This document shows, one piece after another, positions 54,883 to 64,000 of a stretch of DNA of 64,000 bases. The notes beneath the pieces were generated by a model. The model worked only from the letters and a program-made list of their open reading frames with translations, ran no database searches and was not told where the DNA came from. The DNA is taken from IMG/VR virus record IMGVR_UViG_3300007511_000013. One strand, written 5' to 3'. Each line of letters opens with the position of its first letter. Within the stretch, counting starts at the first letter, position 1. The stretch comes from an uncultured virus (IMG/VR IMGVR_UViG_3300007511_000013) (Duplodnaviria; Heunggongvirae; Uroviricota; Caudoviricetes). The position numbers and the translations under genes are program-made.

Positions 54883-55455
54883 TTAAATTCCCTCAGATGA
54901 CCAGCGACCATCCCACCAGACATTGCCCTCCAGGTCCTTATCCCTGTGACCCCCCGGGCCGGGTCGAAAGATGCGCTCATTATGCTGCCCATCATGATCA
55001 ATATCTTCATATACTTTAGAGTTCCCGCTCCAGACCGCCTCCCCGTAGGTCTCCACGGCACCAGCCACTTTAGCGAGGTATTCTCTCAGCAGATCTTCCA
55101 ATTGTGCACACGGACTCCCAGCGCCCGAAACGGATTCCCTCAAGCCTCCCAGGCCCGCCGCCGTATCAACTGAGCTATCGTCCTGCTTCACCCTGACGCC
55201 CTTTAGGGCAGCCGACCTGAACTGCCTGTGAGCAATCATACATTGGGTTTGAAGACCTATGAGCGCCGACTCTTCCGCCGTTGGAGCGGGAGTTAGGGTG
55301 CCATTCGCTATAGCTATATCGATCCCCGCGCGGACCTTCAGCCGCTTGAGCGCCGAACGTATAAAAATGTTTAGTTGATAATCCGTATATGTTTCGGCTG
55401 ATGCATCATCATCACCAATAGCAGAACGAATCTCTTCCCTGATTTCCTTAGCCAT
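54883..55455 (-). CDS. Probable head-tail adaptor
   Basis: EIRSAIGD....YTD.QL..FI..A helical N-terminus typical of gp6/gp15-type adaptors. Confidence 0.6.
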   Translation of the reverse strand: MAKEIREEIRSAIGDDDASAETYTDYQLNIFIRSALKRLKVRAGIDIAIANGTLTPAPTAEESALIGLQTQCMIAHRQFRSAALKGVRVKQDDSSVDTAAGLGGLRESVSGAGSPCAQLEDLLREYLAKVAGAVETYGEAVWSGNSKVYEDIDHDGQHNERIFRPGPGGHRDKDLEGNVWWDGRWSSEGI

Positions 55456-55459
55456 TCCA

Positions 55460-55804
55460 CTACCTCGTTACATCAAATGTTACAGAAAAATTACCCTTAA
55501 GAACCGTTATGTGTCTGCTCAAAGTGTCCACCACTTCAATATCATACGCATATTTGCCCACATCAATCTCAGTATCAGTATTGGATAGTGCAACTTGCAT
55601 AACTCCGTTCGCCGGATCAGTTATGGTGATTCCAGACGCAGTGGTTTTGCTAATTACGGACGTTGTATCGAGGGGATTATTTCGTACCGTAAAGCTCGCC
55701 GTATATCCCAAAATATTAACTACGACGCCAGCAGAATCTTTAACAGTAACCTTGTAAAGCTTGTTATCGCCTCTGACCATCGACAGGTGTGTAGTTGTTG
55801 CCAT
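55460..55804 (-). CDS. Small beta-sandwich virion protein (BppU N-terminal-like)
   Basis: RGDN....VTVKD..G..VNI.GYTA.F.VR...ITDPANG...V.L...DT......YDIEV. Confidence 0.65.
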   Translation of the reverse strand: MATTTHLSMVRGDNKLYKVTVKDSAGVVVNILGYTASFTVRNNPLDTTSVISKTTASGITITDPANGVMQVALSNTDTEIDVGKYAYDIEVVDTLSRHITVLKGNFSVTFDVTR

Positions 55805-55840
55805 ATTTCTCCCTCATAGATTATAGCATTCGCCCTCTAT

Positions 55841-55850
55841 TATAGTACAC
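55841..55850 (-). promoter_or_regulatory. Phage promoter-like motif GTGTACTATA
   Basis: Upstream of the head-tail joining operon. Confidence 0.65.
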
Positions 55851-55853
55851 CCG

Positions 55854-57743
55854 CTATATCTCCTCTATGGTACCAGAATACGCCATTAGATCTTCTATGG
55901 TTCCAGAATAATTTAAATCATCAAACAATGCGTCTAAATTTTTTACAAAATCTTCTTCTAATAGAACAATGTCAGAAAAAGGAACGTCCATCAAGCTTCT
56001 ATCGATGAAAAAATTCTCTACCAATGAAATATTGTCACCCAACAGGCTATTCATTCCCTTAATATTGGAAAAATTTTCTACTAGTTTAAGTTCATCTTTT
56101 TTTATAAAATTTACACCAAATATTATTTCTTCTTCCAGGGACAGACATTCCGGGACAGCCCTAGTGAGCCCATTTGTACGATCTTCACTCAGGGGCACAA
56201 CTTCAAAGAAGGATTGCCGGACTTGATCAGCCCCTATGTCATTCTCTGAGCCCCGCCTCTCTTGCAAATCTATATCATATCTTTGAGACCAGTACGGATA
56301 AACTGATTCAGTATAAAAAAGTCCTCTTAGCCACAAATTTTCGTCGGGTCCGAGACCAGAGCCTATGAGATGAGAATTATTTAAGAGGTGGAAATTTTCC
56401 GAACCTGACGTTTCTGAAATAAAATTCCAATTAGAAGATGCAACTTGCTTGTTTCCATTGGACGTGCCTGCACTCGCGTCATTGCTCACATTATAAATAA
56501 AACCTCCCGAGCTACTCCCGGTGGTTCCATCCGTATTGCTCATTCCTGTTGAAAATGCATAGTCCCCCCTCCACGTCCCGGGACTCAGAGGTGCTTGCAC
56601 TGCTTTTGCCGCATTGTTGACGGTTAGTGGCATATATAGGGGGTCGAAGGCCGTGGCCGTCCCCGATGCATGTACAACATATTCAATCGCGCTCTGGATA
56701 AAATCTCCCGTAACAGTATTGTGTATTATACCTCCTGGCTCGCCACCCGGATGAGTCTGGGCATAATGATCTAACCAAAGTATTCCATCGAACGCAACAC
56801 CGTTGCTGCCATCATACAACCCATCGTGACTGATTATATTATTGAGAAAGAAATTGTTCCCCCCTCCTGACGCTGTGGCGTAGTTGTACAGGTGCTGATT
56901 TATGTAAAAATTAACAGGCAAGGGCTCCCTACATCTAAAAAAGCAATTAGCAATCGAGCATCCCGATGTATTTATTAGAACTACTCCAAAGTATCCCCCC
57001 GGCCCGAGAGTATATCCAACTATATCTGGAGTAATGCGTAAGCCTACGATATCTATGGCATTATTGTATATATATATGCCACCAACGGCCGCCTGTTGCG
57101 CCGCCGTCGAAGATCCGGCGGAGACCCCGGGGACAAAAGAATAGCCACCCCCTGCTGTTGTACCATTATGCCTTTGATTGAAATTGCACTCTGTCACAGT
57201 ATTTGTTGGAGTGAATATAATGAGCCGTTTCGAAGAAGATAATCCAAAACCATGTATTTGTATGATGGAATTTTCAGTATCGTCCCCATCATCATAGCAG
57301 GCCACTAAAACAGAAACGTCCTTAGTTACCAGGTCGCCTGTCCCCAATGTTGTTGCCACGCCCGGAGTCGCGCCATGTACGGCACTTGCCAGGGAATTAA
57401 AAGTTCTCTTTATACTTGTAACAGCAGTCGTAGTTGCTGCCGCTGGCATATCTCCGTTGGCCGCCACAACCTTCCATATGGAGGTAGATACTTTTTCATT
57501 TATATAAGCAAAATTACCGCCATATTCTATAACATCTCCAACACCTACATTTCCGATGACGGGAGAAGAAAAGGTGGCTGTATAATCGCCCGGAGTAACA
57601 GTGACCGACACCCCCGCCGGCTTGAAATCGGCCGTTGAAACTCCTACACTATAGTATAGTTTTTTAATAACTCTCTCTTTGGTTACCGTGGGAGTTTCGC
57701 CCAGGATAATTTCTTCGCTTATATTTCTTGTATAGCTGGCCAT
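55854..57743 (-). CDS. Virion fibre protein with beta-helix region; paralog of 1..1631
   Basis: QRHNGT, NFHL....LIGSG, DID..ER....DIGADQ; C-terminal YSGTIE[DE] repeats. Confidence 0.7.
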   Translation of the reverse strand: MASYTRNISEEIILGETPTVTKERVIKKLYYSVGVSTADFKPAGVSVTVTPGDYTATFSSPVIGNVGVGDVIEYGGNFAYINEKVSTSIWKVVAANGDMPAAATTTAVTSIKRTFNSLASAVHGATPGVATTLGTGDLVTKDVSVLVACYDDGDDTENSIIQIHGFGLSSSKRLIIFTPTNTVTECNFNQRHNGTTAGGGYSFVPGVSAGSSTAAQQAAVGGIYIYNNAIDIVGLRITPDIVGYTLGPGGYFGVVLINTSGCSIANCFFRCREPLPVNFYINQHLYNYATASGGGNNFFLNNIISHDGLYDGSNGVAFDGILWLDHYAQTHPGGEPGGIIHNTVTGDFIQSAIEYVVHASGTATAFDPLYMPLTVNNAAKAVQAPLSPGTWRGDYAFSTGMSNTDGTTGSSSGGFIYNVSNDASAGTSNGNKQVASSNWNFISETSGSENFHLLNNSHLIGSGLGPDENLWLRGLFYTESVYPYWSQRYDIDLQERRGSENDIGADQVRQSFFEVVPLSEDRTNGLTRAVPECLSLEEEIIFGVNFIKKDELKLVENFSNIKGMNSLLGDNISLVENFFIDRSLMDVPFSDIVLLEEDFVKNLDALFDDLNYSGTIEDLMAYSGTIEEI

Positions 57744-57746
57744 ATC

Positions 57747-60467
57747 TTAAATTATTACTCCCGTGAGTTCAATTATGTCTTCTATGGTGCCCCCATATGC
57801 TATATTTATCTCCTCTATAGTTCCCGCATACTCTGTGGTTACGTCTTCTATGGTGCCTGTGTATATTACGGTGTCTCCGGTCCCTACTTTATTTTTAAGA
57901 AAAACTCCCGTCATCTTTATTATTTCTTTTGGTATTTTTCCATGTTCTCTTAGGAGAAGCTCCTCCATAAAAATCTCTTCTTCTATTGCTTTTAAGAGAC
58001 TCTTGTTCGTTGAATCAGACATCAATATACTGTCTGAGTTAACTATCTTGTAATCAATATATAACTGTACTTGCTCGCTTAAAGATAGGCCCTCAACATG
58101 TTCTTCAACAAAAGTATTGCTAGGATCAAAAGTACTTTCAGATAGGGCTAACCCGTCACTAATTGATAGGGTGTAGTTGATGCCAACCAGCACTGTTTCG
58201 CTCATCAAAATAGAATCTGAAAAAACCTTTTCCATGCCTATAGAGGTTTTAACTTCTTCTCTTAATTTAATACCATCAACGGGAGTTTCCGAATAGGCAA
58301 GGCCCGAATAGCTCGGACCAAGGCTATATAGATACTCTATGTCGGCCGTTAATAATTCACTGCAAAATAACGCGGCCTCGTCCACATCGGCCGCCAGTGC
58401 CCTTTCTCCCCCACTCGCCGCTCCTATTCCAATGTTCATAGATGGTGCTATCGGACCGCTCCCCGTGTCGCTGTAAATCTGAGAACCATTAAGGAAGACA
58501 GTTGGATACCCAGAACTGTTTACGGCAAGAACTATGTGATTCCAAGTTGCCACAGTTAAATCTACTCCGGTTGGAATCCACCTTCTCATCTCATAAAGGA
58601 TTATTAACTGCCTTCCGTCCACATCAAAGGTGCCCGATGCGCCGCTCCCCCCCACTCCAATGCCCACCCCTGTGCTACCATTGCCAACCTTAATGAATGC
58701 CCCGCCGGTATCTCCTGATATCCTAGTCCATACCGATATCGTAAAAGAACTGGAGCCAATGCCCGAGTTAGAATCTCCAAAGGCCCAGTCATCTCCGTCG
58801 AATGCAATATAGTGGGAGCCCCAAGTACTTCCGAGGGCCGTAGTAGCAAATGATCCATCGGCTAGATCGGGCGGACTACCAGCATTATAGATGGCTTTTA
58901 CTATTGCCGCGCCCAGAGCCTCGTTAAAAACCGCAACCTCATCAATATTTCCTCTGTAATTGCCAGCATATCCATTTCCTATGAGAACATTTGCTGACCC
59001 CGCAACCGCCGCCGAATACGTGGCGTTCGCCGTCCGGACAAGAGCGCCGTTTATGTACCAATGAAGTTTCATGTTGGTAAGATCACGAACTATAGCTACA
59101 TGATTCCAAACCCCCTGTGTTATCGTACTGGAGGTATTGAAGCCTTGATAGGGGCTACTATCTGCGCCGCTGGTCCCATAGAAGTAATTTAAAGTTCTAT
59201 TAGTTTCTTGGGTTATGGTCCCCTCGCCTCCGTAAGCCTTATTGTACGGATTTTGTCTTCCCGCTCCAATATTGGATGGCTTAAGCCACATGGATATAGT
59301 TTGATCACCAGTTATTTGAAGCTTTGCAGGATTTCCAGTTATTTCAACTTGATCTGGAGAGCCTTCAAAATCAATTGAGTAATCTCCCAACGCTCCGGTC
59401 ACGCCGCCGCTCTGATCCCAGGTGGGCCCTGACGAGATTGTGCCATCAAGAGAATTGCCAGCCGCAGATGTGTCACCAAGCACCAGTCCAGTTTTTTCAT
59501 TGAAGCGCCAATAAGCAACGGGGTTAGCCCCGCCGCTGCCTGGACCGCTGGTAGCGTCAAGCGGAGTACCTCCTCCATACATGGCCGTCACCTGGGTTGC
59601 ATCAAGGGCATAATTAAAAACAGCCGCTTCATCAATTCCACCGCGATAGCCCACCCCCGTATATCCGCTCGCATATCCATTGCCGATAGTTGCATTTCTC
59701 GTACTAGTGGAGGAGGAGTGGGCATTGGAAGTAGTGCTTGTCAGTGATCCATTGATGTACCACTTTACATTGCTGGAATCTCTCGTCACCACTATGTGGT
59801 TCCACACGCCTTGAGTAACAGTGGAGCTACTGTTTGACCCCTGATAGCTCCCGCTTGGACCGTCTCCCCCACCCGATCCATGGTAAAAATTAAGTGTACC
59901 ATTTGTTTCTTGGGTTATGGTCCCTTCCCCGCTGTATGCCTTATTATAAGGATTTTGCCGGGCAGCGCTTATACTGGAGGGTTTTAACCACATAGAGATC
60001 GTTAAGTCTCCAGTAATCTGAAGATCAGATGGATTTCCCTCTATTGTAACCTGCCCCGTTGTCCCAAAAATCAAGGCCGAGTCCGCGAAGGCGCCAGTAA
60101 CCCCACCTCCCGGGCCCTCCCAGGGGGGAGCGCCAGTTATTGTCCCAGGAGCCGCAGGGCTTGTCTGAGATGAATCAGCAAGAACAGTTCCTGAACCAGC
60201 ATTGAATTTCCAATAAGCTACAGGTGGTGTATCGCCGTACTGAACCAGTATATCTTCTTCTTCGCTCCCCTGATCAAGGGCAACTACCCCGGAGCCTTCA
60301 TTGAAATCCCAGTAAGAACACGGATAAAGACCCAGAACGCCCTCACCCATAACCTCAACTCCGAAGCCGAGCATCCCGGTGCCATCACCGGTCTCCAGAC
60401 TAAGGCCCAGCAGGCCTTCGCCGTCAGTGGTCTCTAGATAAACCCCGCTCGTTGACGGAAATCCCAC
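57747..60467 (-). CDS. LamG/ConA-like domain virion protein (three LamG domains)
   Basis: PVAYW.FN, TISMWLKP, WNH..V.RD, WYING, G.IDE.AVFN.AL repeated. Confidence 0.85.
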   Translation of the reverse strand: MGFPSTSGVYLETTDGEGLLGLSLETGDGTGMLGFGVEVMGEGVLGLYPCSYWDFNEGSGVVALDQGSEEEDILVQYGDTPPVAYWKFNAGSGTVLADSSQTSPAAPGTITGAPPWEGPGGGVTGAFADSALIFGTTGQVTIEGNPSDLQITGDLTISMWLKPSSISAARQNPYNKAYSGEGTITQETNGTLNFYHGSGGGDGPSGSYQGSNSSSTVTQGVWNHIVVTRDSSNVKWYINGSLTSTTSNAHSSSTSTRNATIGNGYASGYTGVGYRGGIDEAAVFNYALDATQVTAMYGGGTPLDATSGPGSGGANPVAYWRFNEKTGLVLGDTSAAGNSLDGTISSGPTWDQSGGVTGALGDYSIDFEGSPDQVEITGNPAKLQITGDQTISMWLKPSNIGAGRQNPYNKAYGGEGTITQETNRTLNYFYGTSGADSSPYQGFNTSSTITQGVWNHVAIVRDLTNMKLHWYINGALVRTANATYSAAVAGSANVLIGNGYAGNYRGNIDEVAVFNEALGAAIVKAIYNAGSPPDLADGSFATTALGSTWGSHYIAFDGDDWAFGDSNSGIGSSSFTISVWTRISGDTGGAFIKVGNGSTGVGIGVGGSGASGTFDVDGRQLIILYEMRRWIPTGVDLTVATWNHIVLAVNSSGYPTVFLNGSQIYSDTGSGPIAPSMNIGIGAASGGERALAADVDEAALFCSELLTADIEYLYSLGPSYSGLAYSETPVDGIKLREEVKTSIGMEKVFSDSILMSETVLVGINYTLSISDGLALSESTFDPSNTFVEEHVEGLSLSEQVQLYIDYKIVNSDSILMSDSTNKSLLKAIEEEIFMEELLLREHGKIPKEIIKMTGVFLKNKVGTGDTVIYTGTIEDVTTEYAGTIEEINIAYGGTIEDIIELTGVII

Positions 60468-61915
60468 TATCCACCTACTCCATCAGTTCTCTGGGTTATC
60501 TTCACCTGTACATATCGACCATATAGGCCCGAACTCGCAATATCTTCGTTGGCCAAGGTGGTGGACCAGGGAATGGTGATGTCATTCTGATTAAAAGACA
60601 CGTTACTTAATCTGTATTCCACCTCTTGTTTATTGGGCCCCACCGCTCCCGGCGCGACATTATAGCTATCTATTACGCGCGTCGGAGAATCTTCAGCGGC
60701 GACAAAATTTATCTTTTTTACCTTCCTCACATTGTTAAAATCCACAACAGGCGAAACCAGTATCCCACTCCCCTCGAATCCCCCGTTTACTTTTACTATA
60801 TTATTATTTGAAGGATCTATCATTGCCCAGGCGGTTCCAAGGCCCGATGCGGGCACACCGGCTATAGCCCATGTTCCGTCCGACTGGTAATTGTTCGACA
60901 TTGTATGAGAAAATTCTATGGCTCCAAATCTGATAGCCCGCGTTGTGTTGTTGGACCATGCGGGCGAATTTTTCTCCCACGACAAGAAGTTGCTAAGGGG
61001 TCCATAAGTCACCGGAAGCGGATCAGTTGTATAGCAATTGTCATATGCTCCGGACCACCCCTCTCGCCCATCCACATACGACTGTAGGCCCGACACGGAG
61101 GTAACGGCGCCGCTAGGATCTACTATATAATTAGTTACATTATAGTAAAAATTATCAACATGACCTCTCTCCGCCTCATTTGCGCCCCAGACGGTACCAT
61201 TAAAACGCACGGGATACTGAGAGCTTTCAAAGAGCGTCCCTACATTGTAGTATATATTCCCCGAATCTTTTTCTACCTGCATATTGTCAGAGTCTATGAC
61301 ATTTGAAGTGCCAGCGCCATTATCGGTAATAATTTTATTACAATTATAAAAAATATTTCTATGAAAACTGCACTTGGGTCTTATTATCCCAGGCCCAGCT
61401 CCACCTATCGTAGCACTAATACTGCATATGGTTCCTATGTTATCACAAATACAATCTTCTAAGAAGAGTCTGGAGTAGCGCTGATTGCCCGAGTTTGTTG
61501 AGCCACAGAACGGCTGCACTATGTGTCCGCAATTTACAAATTTACACCTGTAAGCCTTTACTATCAGGTACTCTAAGCCGCCGCTGTTCGACGTTACAGA
61601 GAATACGGACCCACTATAATTCCTAAAGGTAATGTCATAGAAGCGTAGATAGTCGGAATCGAAACCATCATGGTAGGGGTCTCCAAAACACGCAGTATTC
61701 CCTCCCCCCTCTAATATAACTTCTCCGTGGCCGTAGATGTGCAAATTAGCCGCACTTCCGCCGGTGTCGCCCCACTCCATGTTAGATACTTCATATATTC
61801 CTCTGCCCACATGAACGGTTCCATCGTAGTTATACACAGCTGACGAAAAACTTCCCATGGCATCCGCCCAGCTAGTGCCGCCCCCCGTACCACCTTTTTT
61901 TACATACCTAGCCAT
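60467..61915 (-). CDS. Beta-helix (pectin-lyase-like) virion protein
   Basis: YVKKGGTGGGTSWADA...VHVGRGIYE N-terminus, Asn/Cys ladder pattern, C-terminal GRYVQVKI. Confidence 0.65.
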   Translation of the reverse strand: MARYVKKGGTGGGTSWADAMGSFSSAVYNYDGTVHVGRGIYEVSNMEWGDTGGSAANLHIYGHGEVILEGGGNTACFGDPYHDGFDSDYLRFYDITFRNYSGSVFSVTSNSGGLEYLIVKAYRCKFVNCGHIVQPFCGSTNSGNQRYSRLFLEDCICDNIGTICSISATIGGAGPGIIRPKCSFHRNIFYNCNKIITDNGAGTSNVIDSDNMQVEKDSGNIYYNVGTLFESSQYPVRFNGTVWGANEAERGHVDNFYYNVTNYIVDPSGAVTSVSGLQSYVDGREGWSGAYDNCYTTDPLPVTYGPLSNFLSWEKNSPAWSNNTTRAIRFGAIEFSHTMSNNYQSDGTWAIAGVPASGLGTAWAMIDPSNNNIVKVNGGFEGSGILVSPVVDFNNVRKVKKINFVAAEDSPTRVIDSYNVAPGAVGPNKQEVEYRLSNVSFNQNDITIPWSTTLANEDIASSGLYGRYVQVKITQRTDGVGG

Positions 61916-61977
61916 GCCGCCCCCTTTGATGAATAACTAGTCCTATCTTATATTAATACCCCTAAGGTTTTCATAAT

Positions 61978-62011
61978 AAAAAAAGCGCCGAGGCAAAAAC
62001 CTCGACGCTTT
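61978..62011 (-). terminator. Intrinsic terminator
   Basis: AAAGCGTCGAGG-TTTTTG-CCTCGGCGCTTT followed by a T-run. Confidence 0.8.
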
Positions 62012-62042
62012 AAAAGTCATACCCTATCTTTATATCTTTTTC

Positions 62043-62540
62043 TTACACGCCATCATCGCTTACTTTAATTTGCCACTGTATTTGCAATGTATCATTATTT
62101 GTCTTGTTGACGGCCGCAAAAACTGTGCGAGCCAACATGGTGCCCCCCGAACTCGTCAAATTGAAAATCCCAGCTTCTTCAATACCGGTTGAGTTCGCAT
62201 CCGAGGTTCCCCAGTTAACAACTAGTTGCCACGTCGCTCCCGCTACTGAATTGGTACCACTCTTCCTTGACGCCGCCAAGACCGTCCCCAAGACCGTATC
62301 TGTTCCGGTTGCTGCCGTACTATCTTTTCCCAATTCTATCCATTTCATATCAGCCACCGATCCGGTTCCCATACGAGCCGCCACCCAATCCTCGCCCACA
62401 TCCACCACGAGGTTATCTATATGACGCTCATCAATTATATTTCCAGTACGCGCATCACGTAGAAAAACATTTACACGCCCCTTTAGGACCTTCTTATCAT
62501 TCGGCATCTTGCTTACTCCTGATAATTTGAGTTGCGCCAT
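62043..62540 (-). CDS. Virion structural protein (tail-collar/fibre-base-like)
   Basis: NLVVDVG...IELG....AA..TDT.L...EAGIFN....GTMLAR.VF..VNK...DTL.I.W.I. Confidence 0.65.
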   Translation of the reverse strand: MAQLKLSGVSKMPNDKKVLKGRVNVFLRDARTGNIIDERHIDNLVVDVGEDWVAARMGTGSVADMKWIELGKDSTAATGTDTVLGTVLAASRKSGTNSVAGATWQLVVNWGTSDANSTGIEEAGIFNLTSSGGTMLARTVFAAVNKTNNDTLQIQWQIKVSDDGV

Positions 62541-62575
62541 GTTTTCCTACAATGGTAACATGTTCCCTTTTGCTA

Positions 62576-64000
62576 TTAGGTTGCGACAAGGTCAAAATCA
62601 CTGTTTCTTTTATCCCAATTTTTGCTTTCATCGGCAATCGCTTCCTCTAATTCCTTGATGATATCTTCCGTGTTCGGGGTGTTAGGGTATTTATCTTTCA
62701 CCAATCTTGCACACTGAAGAGCATCATTAATTCGACCCACGCTTCCGTATATAATACACAGTTTCTGAAGCGGCACCTCTCTATAGTAGGACTCCTGCAC
62801 CCACATGGGAGACATCATCATTTCGACCGTAGAGGCCATCCTCAGATAATATATGGATTTATCAGGTCTGTCCTTTGCATATATATCTGCCAACATCACC
62901 ATGTGTTCATTGCGGGGGACACTTTCCATAAAGCATTCTAGGAGAACTTCTTCTGCAGATTTCATGTCATTTAACTTCACATAGGCATGGGCACAGTTTA
63001 TCCTAACTTGATACCGCTCCTCGTTCCAAGTAGAATATTTTAAATATCTTCGCCAATACTTCAATGCCTTCTCGTAGTCTCCTGCCTCATTATATTCATT
63101 GCCCACATAAAACATGGCCCGCGTATTATTTTTGTCCCTGATGAGATCTTTGAGCAAATTCTTTTTATTCATATAGAAGCGTTGCTCTCGCCGGGCCGCG
63201 GCTCGTATGCCGCCCCGCTTGTGGATTGTTTTAATATCATAGAAGTTTGCCGTTATATTATTTTTGGGCACGCTACTGATGACGGCATTATGGCTATCAT
63301 TTATGTAGTGGCAGCCACGATCCCCCCGCGTCAACCAAGGGAAGCTGGACATTTTCTCATTCTCCGATATGTACCTCTTTACCCTTAGGAGGGTTACATA
63401 ATCTTCTACATCTTTTATATTCTTAAAGGCGTCAAGACATTCTGGATCTAAATACTCATGCCCTTCTGTCATAAAGTTCCAATCACATGTGGATTTATCT
63501 ATGCAGGCATTGCGGGCCTTGCAAAAACTATCTTTCCATTTAAAGTGGAAAACTTCGCTGGTATATCGAGAGGCAATTTCAAAGCTGTTATCATCTGTCT
63601 TATCATCTACTCCAATTATAATTTGATCTGCAACTGGCAAAAAACTTTCAATAACCTCCCCTATTGTTTCTCCCTCATTCCAGATGGGGAGAGTTAGAGA
63701 CATAGTAAAGCCTTTGAGGTCAAAAGTTTTAGCTGCAATTCCGTCCGAGCACATAGTGAGGGACGATTCTCCGCATATATTGAGGAGAATATCTCTCACA
63801 TAGATGATATCAATGTCAGGAGGGAGATAGAGCAAAATATTGGCAGTTTTCTCGTGAAGCAACATGAGGCATTCGGCAATATGTTCCGTTTTGCTGAAGG
63901 TTCCAACTACCACATATAGGGCATCCTCTTCAATCTTGATTGGTTCATCTTTGCGCGGAAAAACAAAGTGGGTCTTATTAAAGTCATCCTTGTATTTATT
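62576..64000 (-). CDS. GT2 + TPR glycosyltransferase (SunS-like architecture); 5' end lies outside the window
   Basis: Frame open to base 64000. NEGETI..VIES....ADQIIIGVDDKTDDNS, FKWKDSFCKARN, then TPR helices (RAMFYVGNEY...YEKALKYW). Confidence 0.85.
   Translation of the reverse strand, partial: NKYKDDFNKTHFVFPRKDEPIKIEEDALYVVVGTFSKTEHIAECLMLLHEKTANILLYLPPDIDIIYVRDILLNICGESSLTMCSDGIAAKTFDLKGFTMSLTLPIWNEGETIGEVIESFLPVADQIIIGVDDKTDDNSFEIASRYTSEVFHFKWKDSFCKARNACIDKSTCDWNFMTEGHEYLDPECLDAFKNIKDVEDYVTLLRVKRYISENEKMSSFPWLTRGDRGCHYINDSHNAVISSVPKNNITANFYDIKTIHKRGGIRAAARREQRFYMNKKNLLKDLIRDKNNTRAMFYVGNEYNEAGDYEKALKYWRRYLKYSTWNEERYQVRINCAHAYVKLNDMKSAEEVLLECFMESVPRNEHMVMLADIYAKDRPDKSIYYLRMASTVEMMMSPMWVQESYYREVPLQKLCIIYGSVGRINDALQCARLVKDKYPNTPNTEDIIKELEEAIADESKNWDKRNSDFDLVAT

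Noticed and set aside
1..64000. Stop-codon reassignment
   Set aside because: Genes are full length in the standard code, and TAA, TAG and TGA all occur as ends with tight coupling to the next start

Overview
A 64-kb fragment of a large tailed dsDNA phage genome (Caudoviricetes; siphovirus-like, with a tail tube and a 2715-aa tape measure but no sheath in view). Essentially all real genes are on the minus strand, tightly packed, in the standard code. In transcription order (right to left): a GT2-TPR glycosyltransferase (cut by the window edge); fibre/decoration proteins (beta-helix, LamG); head-tail joining genes; tail tube, chaperone-like genes and tape measure; tail-tip genes including a 3203-aa multi-domain protein; a replication/recombination block (RecA, Vsr-like nuclease, DnaB, DnaG, HAD nucleotidase, dNMP kinase, Cas4-like nuclease, DnaE split into two genes, SSB, sigma factor); GT4-GT9-GT2 and GT9 glycosyltransferases; thymidine kinase; Rad52-like and Whirly-like ssDNA proteins; and a second cluster of probable virion proteins running off the left edge. 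The most notable signals are: (1) strong Ser-Gly-hydrophobic enrichment in predicted surface virion proteins alongside five phage GT domains, suggesting a sequon-directed virion glycosylation system; (2) a tape measure whose N-terminus has a PD-(D/E)xK-like domain bracketed by repeated (F/Y)-x-x-G-G modules; (3) a plant-Whirly-like protein; (4) an intein-less split DnaE; (5) a recurring GTGTAnTATA promoter-like motif. All functional calls come from motif recognition by eye; no searches were run. No tRNA, rRNA, CRISPR array or integrase was seen.
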